A stretch of DNA of 64,000 nt from Convolutriloba macropyga (lineage: Eukaryota), in NCBI RefSeq assembly GCF_964194025.1, contig NC_134470.1:9920001-9984000 (forward strand), read 5' to 3'. Position 1 is the stretch's first letter. The number at the start of each line of letters is the position of its first letter. A program made the translations under genes and the position numbers. Positions 39,674-51,981 of the stretch are shown one piece after another. A model generated the notes under the pieces. The model searched no databases. It saw nothing but the letters and a program-made list of their open reading frames with translations, and was not told the DNA's origin.

Positions 39674-40600
39674 AAACTCCTCATGCGCCGAGCAAATTTA
39701 ACACAAAGCCATGCATTTTGAGCTAACCAAAATAAATAGTTTTGTAAGTCAACAATTGAAATATGCCGCTAATGTAGCATCGTAACGTCAGTAAGAAATT
39801 GATTGAAGTTATACAGACACACGGGAAAAATGACTTGTACTAAAAATTAGTAGATCGAAAAATGCAGTGCTTAATGAGTTTTCGATTCATTAAATCTATG
39901 CAACAAAGTAATATCTGACACTATATACACTCTTTTCTGACACTAAAACTTGTACGTTCATGTTTCAAGTTGAGGTTGCTTGCTTGAAGTTACTGAGAAG
40001 TTCTGGCGTTTATCGGGAACCACGAAGCGGTCCGAGATAATAAGTCTGAATTTCGGAGTGACTTCCGCAGAGTCACTTAAGCTTGCTTAAAACACAAAAC
40101 GCGCACGTTTTAAAATGAAATAAGTCAACGGAAGTCAGCTTCTGGCTAATTAGGAACTTCTGGCATTTTAACTTCCGGCAATGTAGACTTTCGACGTAAC
40201 GCGCACGTCAGTGTTTTAATCATTGTTTTACTGAGTTGACTTAATATCTTAGAGACAATAGTGTGTAACGAATCTTCAATCACCTTTCAAAACTTTCAAA
40301 TCTTTTGATATCTCAACAATTTTGTGGAAAGTTTAGTCGACGTTTTTATAAAGACATTTCAAATTTAATTTTTGCTGGGATGCAAGATCTTAACAGACGT
40401 CTGGGCGCAGATGTAGATTCGTAGTGGGGGGGGGGGGGGCATTTATTGATTATTGACTATCAATGCAAGGTCCGAGACCTTTTTAAATTTGAAATTCTTT
40501 TTTTGGCACGACGAGAAGGAATATCGAGAACTGGAATTGTTTTTCTTCCCTGGAAAAAGAAACAGATTCCCAACAGTGCAATAAAAATTTCAATTTTTAG

Positions 40601-40861
40601 GTTTCGCAGAGCTCGGTACTTTTGGTCTGTTTGTTGGCACTTTCGCTTCGGTACCCAACAGCAGAAGCGGCTGGGTTCTGTATGAGTAAATGGCACTGCG
40701 ATGAAAAGCAATCATGCATCGGAAACTACTGCACGAATGTCTGTATGAGCGACTCGGATTGTGAAGAATACGAGAGATGTCGGATTATAGCACATGGAAT
40801 CTCAAATGACGTTGGGCTTTGCAAATATTCAAGTGTGCCACGAGAGAGCGACATGAATTGA
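40601..40861 (+). CDS. Coding exon of small secreted Cys-rich peptide B (signal peptide + two 4-Cys modules)
   Basis: Acceptor caatttttag at 40600, phase 0. VSQSSVLLVCLLALSLRYPTAEA-AGFCMSKWHCDEKQSCIGNYCTNVCMSDSDCEEYERCRIIAHGISNDVGLC...; AATAAA at 40974. Confidence 0.82.
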   Translation, partial: VSQSSVLLVCLLALSLRYPTAEAAGFCMSKWHCDEKQSCIGNYCTNVCMSDSDCEEYERCRIIAHGISNDVGLCKYSSVPRESDMN

Positions 40862-41293
40862 GAAGCGAAACTGATATTTATGGTGCTTTTTGAATAACCC
40901 TGAGCTAAGTCTCATAAAAATTTTTTATTGTGATTTTTACAACATTTTGTCAAGAATTTTGAAAATCGCATCTAATAAACATTTCATCATTAAATTCAGA
41001 GTATGATTATGAACATAGACTGAACAGAGACGAACTGAACATAGACTGAACAGAGAGTCTTTAAAGTGGCAATTATATCTTTTCATAGTCTCTCTAACAG
41101 TTCCTTTCTTATCATATAGTGTCGCTTCATGATTTTATTATTAAGATTTTTTAAATCGTGTGAGCTCTCATAAGATGACGTTTTGACTTGCCCGATCAGA
41201 TTATTGTCTGATAAGAAGATGCATTTTCATGATTTATAAAAGACCAACATACGAATTTCATGATCCGTTTTTTTTACATTGGGGTAATAAAGA

Positions 41294-41470
41294 CCCCGGT
41301 CATTCCAGAATTTTCACCAAGTAAGGTCAGATAAAAAACTCTCAATTAAGATGACCTTTTATCCTATTGTTGTTGGATAAGAGGATGCATTCCCTTACAG
41401 GTATCCTGTAAGATACCCTTGTAAGGTATTTGTGAGATCTTACAGGATAACAATTCCCGAGTCACTAGGG
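41294..41470. mobile_element. CCC...GGG MITE (CACTA/EnSpm-like), TSD GA
   Basis: ga|CCCCGGTCATTCCAGAATT ... AATTCCCGAGTCACTAGGG|ga; internal cttacagg/cctgtaag repeats. Confidence 0.6.
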
Positions 41471-42949
41471 GAGTACATGAATAGAATATAGCCATAATAA
41501 AAACACAGAATTTAAATATCATGAATCAGTGCTGCCTCACTATAACCATATGATCACAGAGTGGACATTGAAAACCCAAATAAAAGAAAAATTATAATGA
41601 CAGCGCGTGAACCATTTTTGATCGAAAAACTGTATAAATTTTAAAAACTGTTATATAGACAATCTGGTTTGCAATTTGATCTAAAGATATATAAGAAATT
41701 CAGAGGCTGAAAATAGCTTAAAAGAAAACTCGCCACTGAAGTGTTGATATGAGCGGATTTATCTCCGTTGGTACTATACAGCCAGGTCTACTATGCCTTC
41801 GCTCCAAAAATGACAAAGTGACATATGGAATCCTAGTCACACTCATTCTCCTTATCGAAGAATCCTGGCAACAGTAAAACTGAAAAAAAGTAAGCTCGCT
41901 AATCTGAGTGCGAAAATAATGTTCCAACTGCATTTCAACCTAATTTTGCCCGACAAAAACCAAAGTCGATCTTTTGAAGCAAAAGTAAGAATTATTTCAC
42001 CACAGTTTATAAATTCATCAGCTCCAGAGCATTCAACTGATTTAGCTAAATTTCAAAAAATATCAACCTCAGAGAAAAGCTGGGTCTTTGCCAATTTAAT
42101 TGAGGTTTTTTACACAATCCGAAGTTTTTGCGGTCATTTTTTTGACAATGAGACTTTTTTCAAACTTTTCTTTTTTTAATGTCACTGAAAAGTGAAACTG
42201 AAGTGTGGTTTGAGAAAATCGGGAGCAGAAAATGCAGAGAAAAAATGAGAATATTTAGAGCATGGTTTTTTCCACTTGCTGCTAAAGTAGAGTGACGAAT
42301 ATATGTTTAGAAAAACTTCAGATCGCAAGCTTTTTAATTTCCACCAATTTTTTCCCTTTCTGCTGTTTTTTGTTGTCATGTGTTTAAAACTTATTCTCCT
42401 TTATGACCAGTTCCTCTTGTTTTCTACCGAGGAGAAAAAACCCATAAAGTAGATCTTTTGATAGTGTAATGTTTTTTAATGCAAATTCAATTGTTTTGAC
42501 ATATGATGGGTTCCTATTTTTTGTTCATTTTTGCTTTCTGACGCATTGCCGCTTAGTGGGATAAGAGGCAGTTCAAGTATTTTTTCTAATGAAGAATAAT
42601 TTATTCCATTAATTTTTTAGTTATTGTTTTCAAACTCTATTTGTTAAGAAAACTCAATTCACTAAGAGTTAAATCTAATTCACTGCCTCAAAAATTGTCT
42701 CTGCAGCAAAACGAAAACCGCAAAATGAAAAAATACGATTATCTGAAAAATAAGAAAAAAAATAAGTTTTAAAAACAGATTTCTCGGACAAACCTCATCA
42801 TTCAAACCATCTAGTATAGGTGAGTCCAAGAGCAAGCAAAAAAATGAAGCTTTTCATTTAACAAAGAGGACAAGGGAGAATATTGGTTAAGGAAATGCTA
42901 AAGAGAATTTGATTGGTTTCAGCTTTTAATAAAAAGCTAAGCAATTTTT

Positions 42950-44950
42950 TGTACATTAGTAAAAAAAAGTTCACATCGACACTAAACTTTCTTATGAAAA
43001 ACCCTGTAATGTAGGAATCCTTTAAAAAAACAAATAAAACAATTGGGCCTATCTAGCTAAAAACGATATAAAGAAAGAGTAGACGGGTTAATGAAGTCTA
43101 TTTGCAGAGATTTCAAAAGAATTTTTTTTTCGTTAATTTAATGAGAAATAAAGGAGAAAGTTCTATAAAAGAAACTGCCCAAATCAAAAGTTTACAAGGC
43201 TAAGCTACATTTAATTTAAAAGGCTGTTTACTTACCAACTTATTCTACTTTTGGGTTGATTGAATTGTTGAAACAAATTGTTGGTGATGAAGAGGTCTCT
43301 GTAATTTGGAAGTAATTGAAAAATGTTCAATGATCTTTTCAAGTTTTTTACAATAATTGATGTCTTTATAAAAAATCTAAAGTCAGCAATTGTTATAAAC
43401 GACAGAAATAACCTTCAATAGAAGTCTAGGTCTAAGATTATGGGTCGGTGTTGACAAAAAACTTAAAAGACTAAAAGCAAAGAAGATAGGCTAAGAAGTT
43501 CCACACAATGATTCTGTGCAAACTCAACCTTATCAAAGAACACCAAAAATTATATTCTCTATAGTCTTCGATATAAAACTGGCTGTAACTTGAAAACTCA
43601 TTTTGTGGTACAAAATGGGATAAAAGTAGCTGAAGTTATCTGATTCGTTTCCAATTTCTCTTATACGTAGCAACATATTCGTCCCAAGGCTCACGTTGCC
43701 TTGCTATCGTTGATACTAGGGTTTTATCTGTTTAAAAACCTACTGAATGAAACACCAACCACGACGCTTCACACGCTTCAGTTCTGAAGAGCACAAGAAT
43801 TCTGTTCGCCAATTAAACATTAGAAAAATTTGCAAAGAAATTTTGAAAGTATACGGCCGTTTTTAATATCAAACTTGTCAAAGGCCATCTATCAATTACT
43901 TGCAAAACCAACTTGAAAGGGCTGTTGATTGAGTTATATTTCATAGTGAACGATGTATGGTTTCTATTTAAAAGCTCATGAATTAGAGCACCGGATAGGT
44001 ATCGTTGTTACAATTACAATTCCGAATATAAACACAAAAGCCGTCTTCAACTAATGAGTATAAATTACAAAGTAAATTGCACGAAAAGTTAGGCTTAGGG
44101 TAAACATTCGTATGATAGGCAGCTCTTTTAATACATATAAAAAATTTAACAAATTTTTTTTAAATTAAAAGAAAAACTAGCTTTGGTGTAACAAATATAC
44201 AATCTTGAAAACAACCGAAATGTTGACAAAAGAGCTATTTTCATTACACAAATCAAGTTAGAGAATAATGATGCTGATGTCTATTTCGGTAGGAAATTTT
44301 CAAACATCTTTCAAAAATAAGTAAAACAATGTTGTTGTCAGATTTAGCTGACGGAACTCTCAAACAGCTCTTCATCTTTGCTGCCAAGTTTCTTCAAAGT
44401 TAAAGAAGACCTGTCAACAGGCAAGCTCTGATAATAAAGCAACAACTAAAAAGTTTTAGAATTTTTCATTAATCCTATGGTTGATTCTTGAAGCTTGCGG
44501 TTTGCAAATAAACTTTTCTAAGATTTAACATAAAGAGCTCTGTGAGAAATATTCTCATCGTCTCCAGATTGCTAAAATCGTATCATCTGTCAGCAAACAA
44601 ACTTATGTCTGCCAACTCTCTGATTTGTTGTTTGCTGCCGTCAACATTGTAAACTTTAATTATAAACATAGGGATGCAGTGTGAAATACCTGAAACAAGT
44701 ATCCGTCAGCACTACAATACCTTTAATTTTCGGCTTTCAAAAGAGAGCTTCGATGAAAATTTGTACTAGATATTCTTTGAAAAATTTGATGTTCGAAGAA
44801 ACGTTGGCTGATGATTAGTCATCAGCTTAGCAGAATCGATTCAGTTTTGGCAGAATTGAATCAATCAAATGTTGCAGGCAAAAAATCTCATAGCACGCTG
44901 TAAAAAAGTGTATGAAGCTTAGTTGACAGAACATTTGAAATCAATTGAGG
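42950..44950 (+). mobile_element. Possible very old CR1/L2 LINE remnant
   Basis: Broken translations EKYSHRLQIAKIV, LSKESFD, EKFDVRRNVG, NR-QF-RIESIK at 44500-44900 occur in RT motif order; upstream part only suggestive. Confidence 0.35.
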
Positions 44951-46682
44951 GAAATCTCTTTTACTAAGAATAACTATTAATTGTCTGCTTTTGAGGAAGC
45001 AGAACTAGCGGAAAAAATTTAAGTGAAGTAATGTTGGATAACTTTATTTTAAGCTCACAATAGGGAGATGAGTTTATGGTCAGTGGCTATAAGTTGTTTA
45101 GCTACTTTCTAATGGGCGATATATTTCGCAATCTAGATTGAATGCTATCACTTGACAGCCGGTACAACGTAGAGGGATTTAAGTCTGTCCTTTAGTTATC
45201 AATTTATCAAATTTTTTAGTTTTGTGAACATTTAAACTGATTTGAATATGTTTGTTTAGTTTCCGCATTAGTGTTTTTCTCGTTTAATTATTGGTAATTA
45301 AGTAAATTAAAAAGTTAACTCATGTCTATAAATTCTCCTAACACAGTCTTAATATCAAAAAAGTTTGCGTAACCGTTTATGGTACAACTTTTCACAAAGA
45401 AGCACAAAAAACATAAAAATCTTCATTATTATTGGCAAAATTTAGCAGATTTGACACCAATTTTTTATTTACCACAATTTCTTCTTTTTGGAGAAAATCT
45501 TAAGGTATGCAATCATAGTTCACAGAGTAAAATGGGCGTAAAATGGGGAGTCTCAAAACTATATAAGACTTTTGGTCTCTTTGCCTCAATTGAAAAAAAC
45601 TTCGTAAAGTTTCGCATCAAACTTTAGTAAACGCTCGAATCTAATTGTTTGAACTTAATCATCGAGCTTAGCAAACTGATTTGTTTACTCAATACTACAA
45701 CATGGAGCTTATTAATTGATTGTTATTGGCAGCTTGATCATAAGCAATCTTATCATCGCTAAAGGAAAGACAAATTTGCATTTTTATTTCACGTTTTTGC
45801 CCCACTGGAAAAGAGATAGTTATATCTCACTCGAAAGGTAATTTCCTGATAATTTTTGCTTGTTTTTGTTCTCCATTTAGGGTACAGCAAAAAGAAACAA
45901 ATATATCAGCAAAATTTTGTTTTTTGGGCACACATTTGGATTCATTATGTACAGCTCAAAATTGGCAAACGCGTCATTTTATCAACAAAACTTATTAGAT
46001 TAAACACAAAAACCGCTCCCAGTCGACTCCGATTTGCAACAATTTTGCAGAGTCTTGCAACACGATGCATCATCATACACAACTTTCTTGCAAAATCTCG
46101 CAAGATCTCACAAGATAACCTTCCATTTAGCAAAAAAGGAAATAATTAAGACATGCTCGAGCAGTATTAGCTTAAATTAAGAACGCTGTTTCTGTTTCAA
46201 GGGTTAAAAAGTGCAAACGCTTGCTGAATACCACCCCAATAGGTTATTTAACTACGCTGAATTATAAGAAATTTTTCATGTTCTGAACATTGAATTTTTT
46301 TGCTCGTTTTTTGGCATCGTCGCCCTTATCTTTTTTTGTTGGAGTGAAACGTATTGCGTAAGGATAAAACATTACAAACGCTTTCTCCCGGTTCCTCAAA
46401 ATATTCAGCTGAGTCCAAAATATTTAGATTTGGATAGTCCAAACTTGGTCAACATTGAAACGAAAAAAGCATCCTTTAACTTTAGGACGTAGTCGTCTCA
46501 AGCAATGAGCGGAGAGACTTTAGATCAAATACAAAGCTACAAAATCGGGCATTTCATGAGGATTGTATTGCAACGTATTTATTGGCATTGGAAGCCTGAC
46601 TCTTTTGTTTGATTTGCACGTCCGAAATGTTTCCTAAATACTATTTATTTGATTTGTTTATGACACACACTGATGAGAGTTT

Positions 46683-47000
46683 GGATCTATTCGTCTAATC
46701 TCCCCTCCCCCACCATATATAATTTACGACCACAAATGCACGTGCCATTTCTGCATAGTGAATTTAACAAATCATAAATTGTTAGTGGGGAGCATAAAAC
46801 ACTTGGGGGGATCGAATAATTTCGCGATTAACCAAAGTTGTTTAAAGAGATGTCTAAGTAATTTTTAGACGATTCAGGTGAAAAAAAAATGTTTTAAAAA
46901 ATCAAACTTCGATGACAGTTTTTGACATCTCACAATAACAATTGACTATAAATTATTTACACCCACTAGGCTGGGGGTGGGGCACAGATGAAGAGGATCC
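46683..47000. mobile_element. GGATC-family MITE, long variant (copy 7)
   Basis: GGATCTATTCGTC...CACAGATGAAGAGGATCC; flanks gagagttt / gaatgttt (6/8); both ends resemble the family's left end. Confidence 0.6.
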
Positions 47001-47384
47001 GAATGTTTTAGATGAGCAGTGAACTGATGACAAAATTTGCAATTTTGACAGTTTTCCTCGCTGCAATTTTCGAGAAAAGTGAGCCGACTTTCTGCACAAG
47101 ACATTCTGAGTGTCCTAAAGATTTCTTTTGCCTGCGATACTGCTGTGGAACATTTTGCTACACTGAATTAGGTACGATCTAATGTTTGCAGAAGTACGGT
47201 GCACAAAATGGGAAAAATTATGCATGCACCATGGGAAAATAGGCACAGACAGGCCTATTATACAAGCAGTTAAAATATCGAAAATACAATTCAAATGAGC
47301 CAAAAATTGGCGAAAGCTTCAGAACGAACTTTGATTTTTCAACTGTAAACAATGATATCTGAAGGGAAACACGAACAAGTAAAA

Positions 47385-47446
47385 TAATAGTATATTATAT
47401 TATAGTATTATAGTATCGTAGTATTATAGTATAGTATTATAGTATC
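47385..47446. repeat. (TAGTAT/TATAG)n-like microsatellite
   Basis: tagtatattatattatagtattatagtatcgtagtattatagtatagtattatagtatc. Confidence 0.85.
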
Positions 47447-50400
47447 AGTTTCTATGTCCATAAAATATGCATGATTTTAATTTAGAAGTAAAATTTCTTC
47501 AACAAATATTTAAAATTATTTGACTGTGGTTAGCATATTTGGCCGCTGATCAATTTGAAGTGTCTCTTATTTGCATGAAAGATTGAAATTATGGTTGTAG
47601 AAACAATATATTTAATCACAATAGAAAAATATTCACAGGAGATTATGGTTAAAATTTCTAATCAGATTCGCAACATTCACTAAAAACAGGCAATTTGGAA
47701 AGACTAAGTCTAGACTACCGAGGAAAACTTTAATCTACTTTTTCTAAAAAGTAAATACAATTCTGATTTCATTTATGAAAACAAAGCAAGTCATTTTACA
47801 CAAAAAACTTTACCAAAAACATGGACCTTGTTATTTTATATAAATGGGCATATATTTTGTGTTAATCTGAACAAAACGAAGTTTTTCGCACCATTTTCTG
47901 AAAGAGGAGGAAAATTCCAAAATAAATCTAGCTTTAACCAAGCCAGCTGTTTTATACTGTGTTAGACCACGTACATGTTACTCCGTTAATTTGTGCCATC
48001 CAAATTTTTGTGGAAATATTGAACTATATGTTTGTTTATCGAATAGAAAACCATAAGTTGGCAATAAAATTTTGTTTTCCTATGACTCGAATATATTTTG
48101 AGCCACCATTGCCATCAATTGGTGTAATTTTCAAATACTTTTAACCACACATTCAATAACCAACACTTTTACAGTATTCATAACAAGAAATTTAGATCTA
48201 AGGGGGGAAAATATTATTTTGTTTTTATAAAATTTATTTTATGTAAAAAAAAGGTTTTTCAAAGAGTACTGTCGCCAAGTCATGTACAAAAAGTTGGTAG
48301 ATCTCATACCTGATTTTCACCGGATGGGATCCAATGTTTCGCTATAATGAATTCCACTCAATATCAGAAAACTTTAGATAAATAGAGCTTACGATTTCGC
48401 AATGTGCAATCTAAATTGCAGGTGACCTTCTTCAGATCTTTCAAAAGTAAAAATATTTTATCGCTCATTGAAACAAAAATTTTTCAACAATCATTGCATA
48501 GAAAGAGATTCAGTTCTCTAGAACAAGTACAATCCATTTGAAAAAGATAGAGATAGAACTGAGAATTTAAACTAGCAAACTTCGAATTATTTTCTCTATT
48601 TCCGCAAAAAAATTGTCCCTCACTTTCTTAGAATACAAATTAAATATTAGTCTGTTAACTAACAGTGAACAAAAAAATGGTCACATAAAGGGAACTTATA
48701 GGAATAGTTGGTAAACATATTTTCGCTAATTTTTCAACATATAAGCCAACATTTTGAAACTTTGTAAGGCAATACAGCCCAAAGGATGCAAAAACCTATT
48801 ATTTCTCAAAACTCCGGGTTGAGTTCATTTTCAAATAGTTTTGCTAATAATTTGATCAAATAAACATTTTTTTTCAAAAAAAGAAAACTAAGTCAAATTT
48901 ATATCATCTACGTTTGATAGATCTACCAGGTCGGATCCAAGAATCTGAGAGAAAACAGTGAAATTTAGTGAAAATAATTGCAAATGTTTCAGGAATTGAT
49001 TTCAAAAATTTATGTAAAATTCAACAAGGAGGCTCAGTGATATGTATTGACACATAAGTTTCCGACTCCACTCATCCACATTCTTGGCTTAAGAAAAGAC
49101 AAAATGAAAAAGTTCGAGATCAAAAAAACTGTATCCTCGGTGGTACATGATCAATTGTCAAATACAGAAAGACATGTATACCATTAAGATCACTTCTTTT
49201 TATTTCAATAGAATGGATAAAACTGAACGGCTCAAAACATGTAGTTTAAAATAAAAGCTAATACTGTTTCTCAGGCGGAACAAAAACTATTTTACCAACG
49301 TTTCGCCAAACATAATTTATGAGATTCGATCAGAATTCAGATTCTTGTGGCTGCAGACCGAGTAACGATTTTGTCGTTCCTGTAACATCGACTTATAAGT
49401 ATCTAATTTGCAGGAGCGTTATTTAGTTTCAACAAAACTTTGCATTTGCATTTTGACTTTATCACATGTGTGCTGAAATAATTTTACAGAGTGAGACGAG
49501 TCAAGAATGATAAAATCACGCAATTGACCTTACCGCTTCTCCCACACCCCGGCATTTGACCTCAGGTAGAAAATTTTAGCTGCAGAGTTTTCAAGGTCAC
49601 CAAAAAAGTCTCTTTGGGTTCCTTGCATTCGGAAGCAAAGGAATTAAGAAAACTAAAAGGGGCAGTACAGCTCCAGAGTTCCAACACAAGGAGATGACGA
49701 ATATAAGAATTGAATAACAACATTTTTATGTAAGCAACAATTTTCAACAGTGGACACAGCAAAAACTTAAAAAGAAAACATAACTTTGCATCCATTATAG
49801 AAACACGTTTTAAAATTACCAAAAGAATCTGATGACTGCTATGCAAAACGATATAAGACAACAAAGGCAGCAAAAGAACAATAATTATGGCAAAGCGTTT
49901 ATTATTTCAAAAAACGACGTGTTGAGTCATACAAAATAATCTGCTAACAATAGCTCTAAAAACTGTGAAGCCAATAACCATTACATTGCTGAAATTAAGT
50001 TGCCAGACAACAACAAGCTCAATAAACGTGGAAAAACTCAGAAATTTTGGATCAATTTACTATAATACGAAAGTGATAAATTCATATAATTTCTTTAGCT
50101 TCAGTTTCGAATTCCAAATAGTGCAATAAGGCAACTTATTAGCGACACTAAAAATATTACTACAAAATAAATCAAAAATACACGCAAAAATTGAAAATTT
50201 TCCGTTACATATAGTGTTAAAGCCGCTAAAAATAAAAACCGTTAACAGAAATTGTTGGAAAGGTTTTTGTAAGCCTTAGTATAAAAATCACAGAAGCATC
50301 TCATATTGAGACTCAAAAATGAACTACACAAAAATGAGACCAATATTAGCAGCTCTATCGCTTGGTTTGTTTAAATCAAAATGGCTTAATTCGTCGTAAT

Positions 50401-50583
50401 GGGAAAACAATTGCACAACTTTTAAACTAAATCGAAAACGGCGATAAAAGTAAACAAAAACAAATAAATTGATAAATTAGTTTCAATTATTTGAAAAAAA
50501 CGTTAAAGAATTGCATTTCGCAATGCTTTATAAAATATTAGAAGTTCAATTATCCATCAATGTATTTTAAGTCTTACTGAACG

Positions 50584-51396
50584 TCAAGCCTTAATCAGTA
50601 CTGATTCAGTGAAATTGCAGGACTTGCTTCAGTACTTTCTCAGAGCTCAGATGATGTCAATTTTTAGAATTGGCACGTCTTAAATCAAATCTTAAATCTC
50701 GACAAGTCTAGAGTCAAATCTTGGCCAAGACTTGAAAAGTCTTGACCAGGACTTGACAAGTAAGTTTTGATCAAGTCTTGGCCAAGACTTTATAAGTCTT
50801 GTGCAAGTCTTGACGAAGATTTGGCAAGCCTTGGATCAAGTATTGAGCACGGTGAGCTGCCACTTACAGTGTCCAGAATAAAAAAATCTCCAAAGTGAAA
50901 CAAGAAGCACAAGACAACACGAGAACTTCCACGAATTTCACTTGATAGAGAATGAAAAAAAATTCAGATATCACACAAAGATACCGGTTAAAGCCATTGA
51001 AAAAAAGTTGGTTTTGGAGTGATTATGCAGAATATTTGAAGTCAGTATATGCTCAATTCAGAAATAGTTTGGTCAGATTAGCAATTTTCTCAGAAAAATT
51101 TTCTAACCAATTTTTGCTAATTTTGAAATGCAGTATTTATAGATAACTTCTTCTTTTAACTCTACTTTGACTAACTGCTCAATAACCAAGACTTGTCAAA
51201 TCTGGGCCCAGACTTGACTCAAGACTTCCTATGTCTTGGCCCTGACTTGACTTATACTTGACAAACTTTGAGCAAGTCTTGTCAAGTCTTCGCAAGTCTT
51301 ATGACTTGAGAGAAGATGTGATCAGTACTGATTTCTGAATTCAAGACGTGTATTTCACTCGAGAAGTACTGGTCGAGGCTTGAATTTCTTTCCGGG
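50584..51396. mobile_element. CACTA-like MITE with CAAGACTTG/CAAGTCTTG subterminal arrays
   Basis: Inverted ends tcaagccttaatcagtact / agtactggtcgaggcttga, right terminus ccggg|ta; repeat arrays at about 50700-50850 and 51180-51310. Confidence 0.7.
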
Positions 51397-51981
51397 TATT
51401 GTTATAGTTTGATTGGGTTCAAGCAGTGTTCTCGGGTTTCTTCTCGAGCAGTGTTCTCAAGCAGTGTTCTCGAGATTTTGTGCCAGTATTCTTGATAAAA
51501 AAGAAAAGTAAATTTATAAACACTGAGAAAAAATTGCAAAAAATGAATCGGTAGATTCAGCAACTCCATGTCATCTTAAAGTTGCTTTAGCAAAATCAAA
51601 CGAAATTTGTGGGAAAAGGTTTTTTAAAAGGGAATAAAAAAAGTCAAATCAGCTTATTTTAACAAAAATTCAAACCTACACAGCTCCATAAAAAATGCAA
51701 TTTTTTCTTAAAAAAGTTTATTTTTAATTTAAACGATTGACAGGCATTCTATTGATTCCACTCACAACTCTGTACAGTGAATATATAAATTGGAGAAAAT
51801 TGACTGAACAAAAAATCAGCTCAGTTAACAGCTCCACCTCCACTAAGTGGGTTCGGAACGGAAACAAAACTTAAAAATAGTGACTGACCAGTCAAAAAAT
51901 TTTTATAGTAAACCAAAAATATAGCATAATAATTCAATTATACTTGAAAGTCAGATACGATGAAGCTCATTTAAAGGCATC

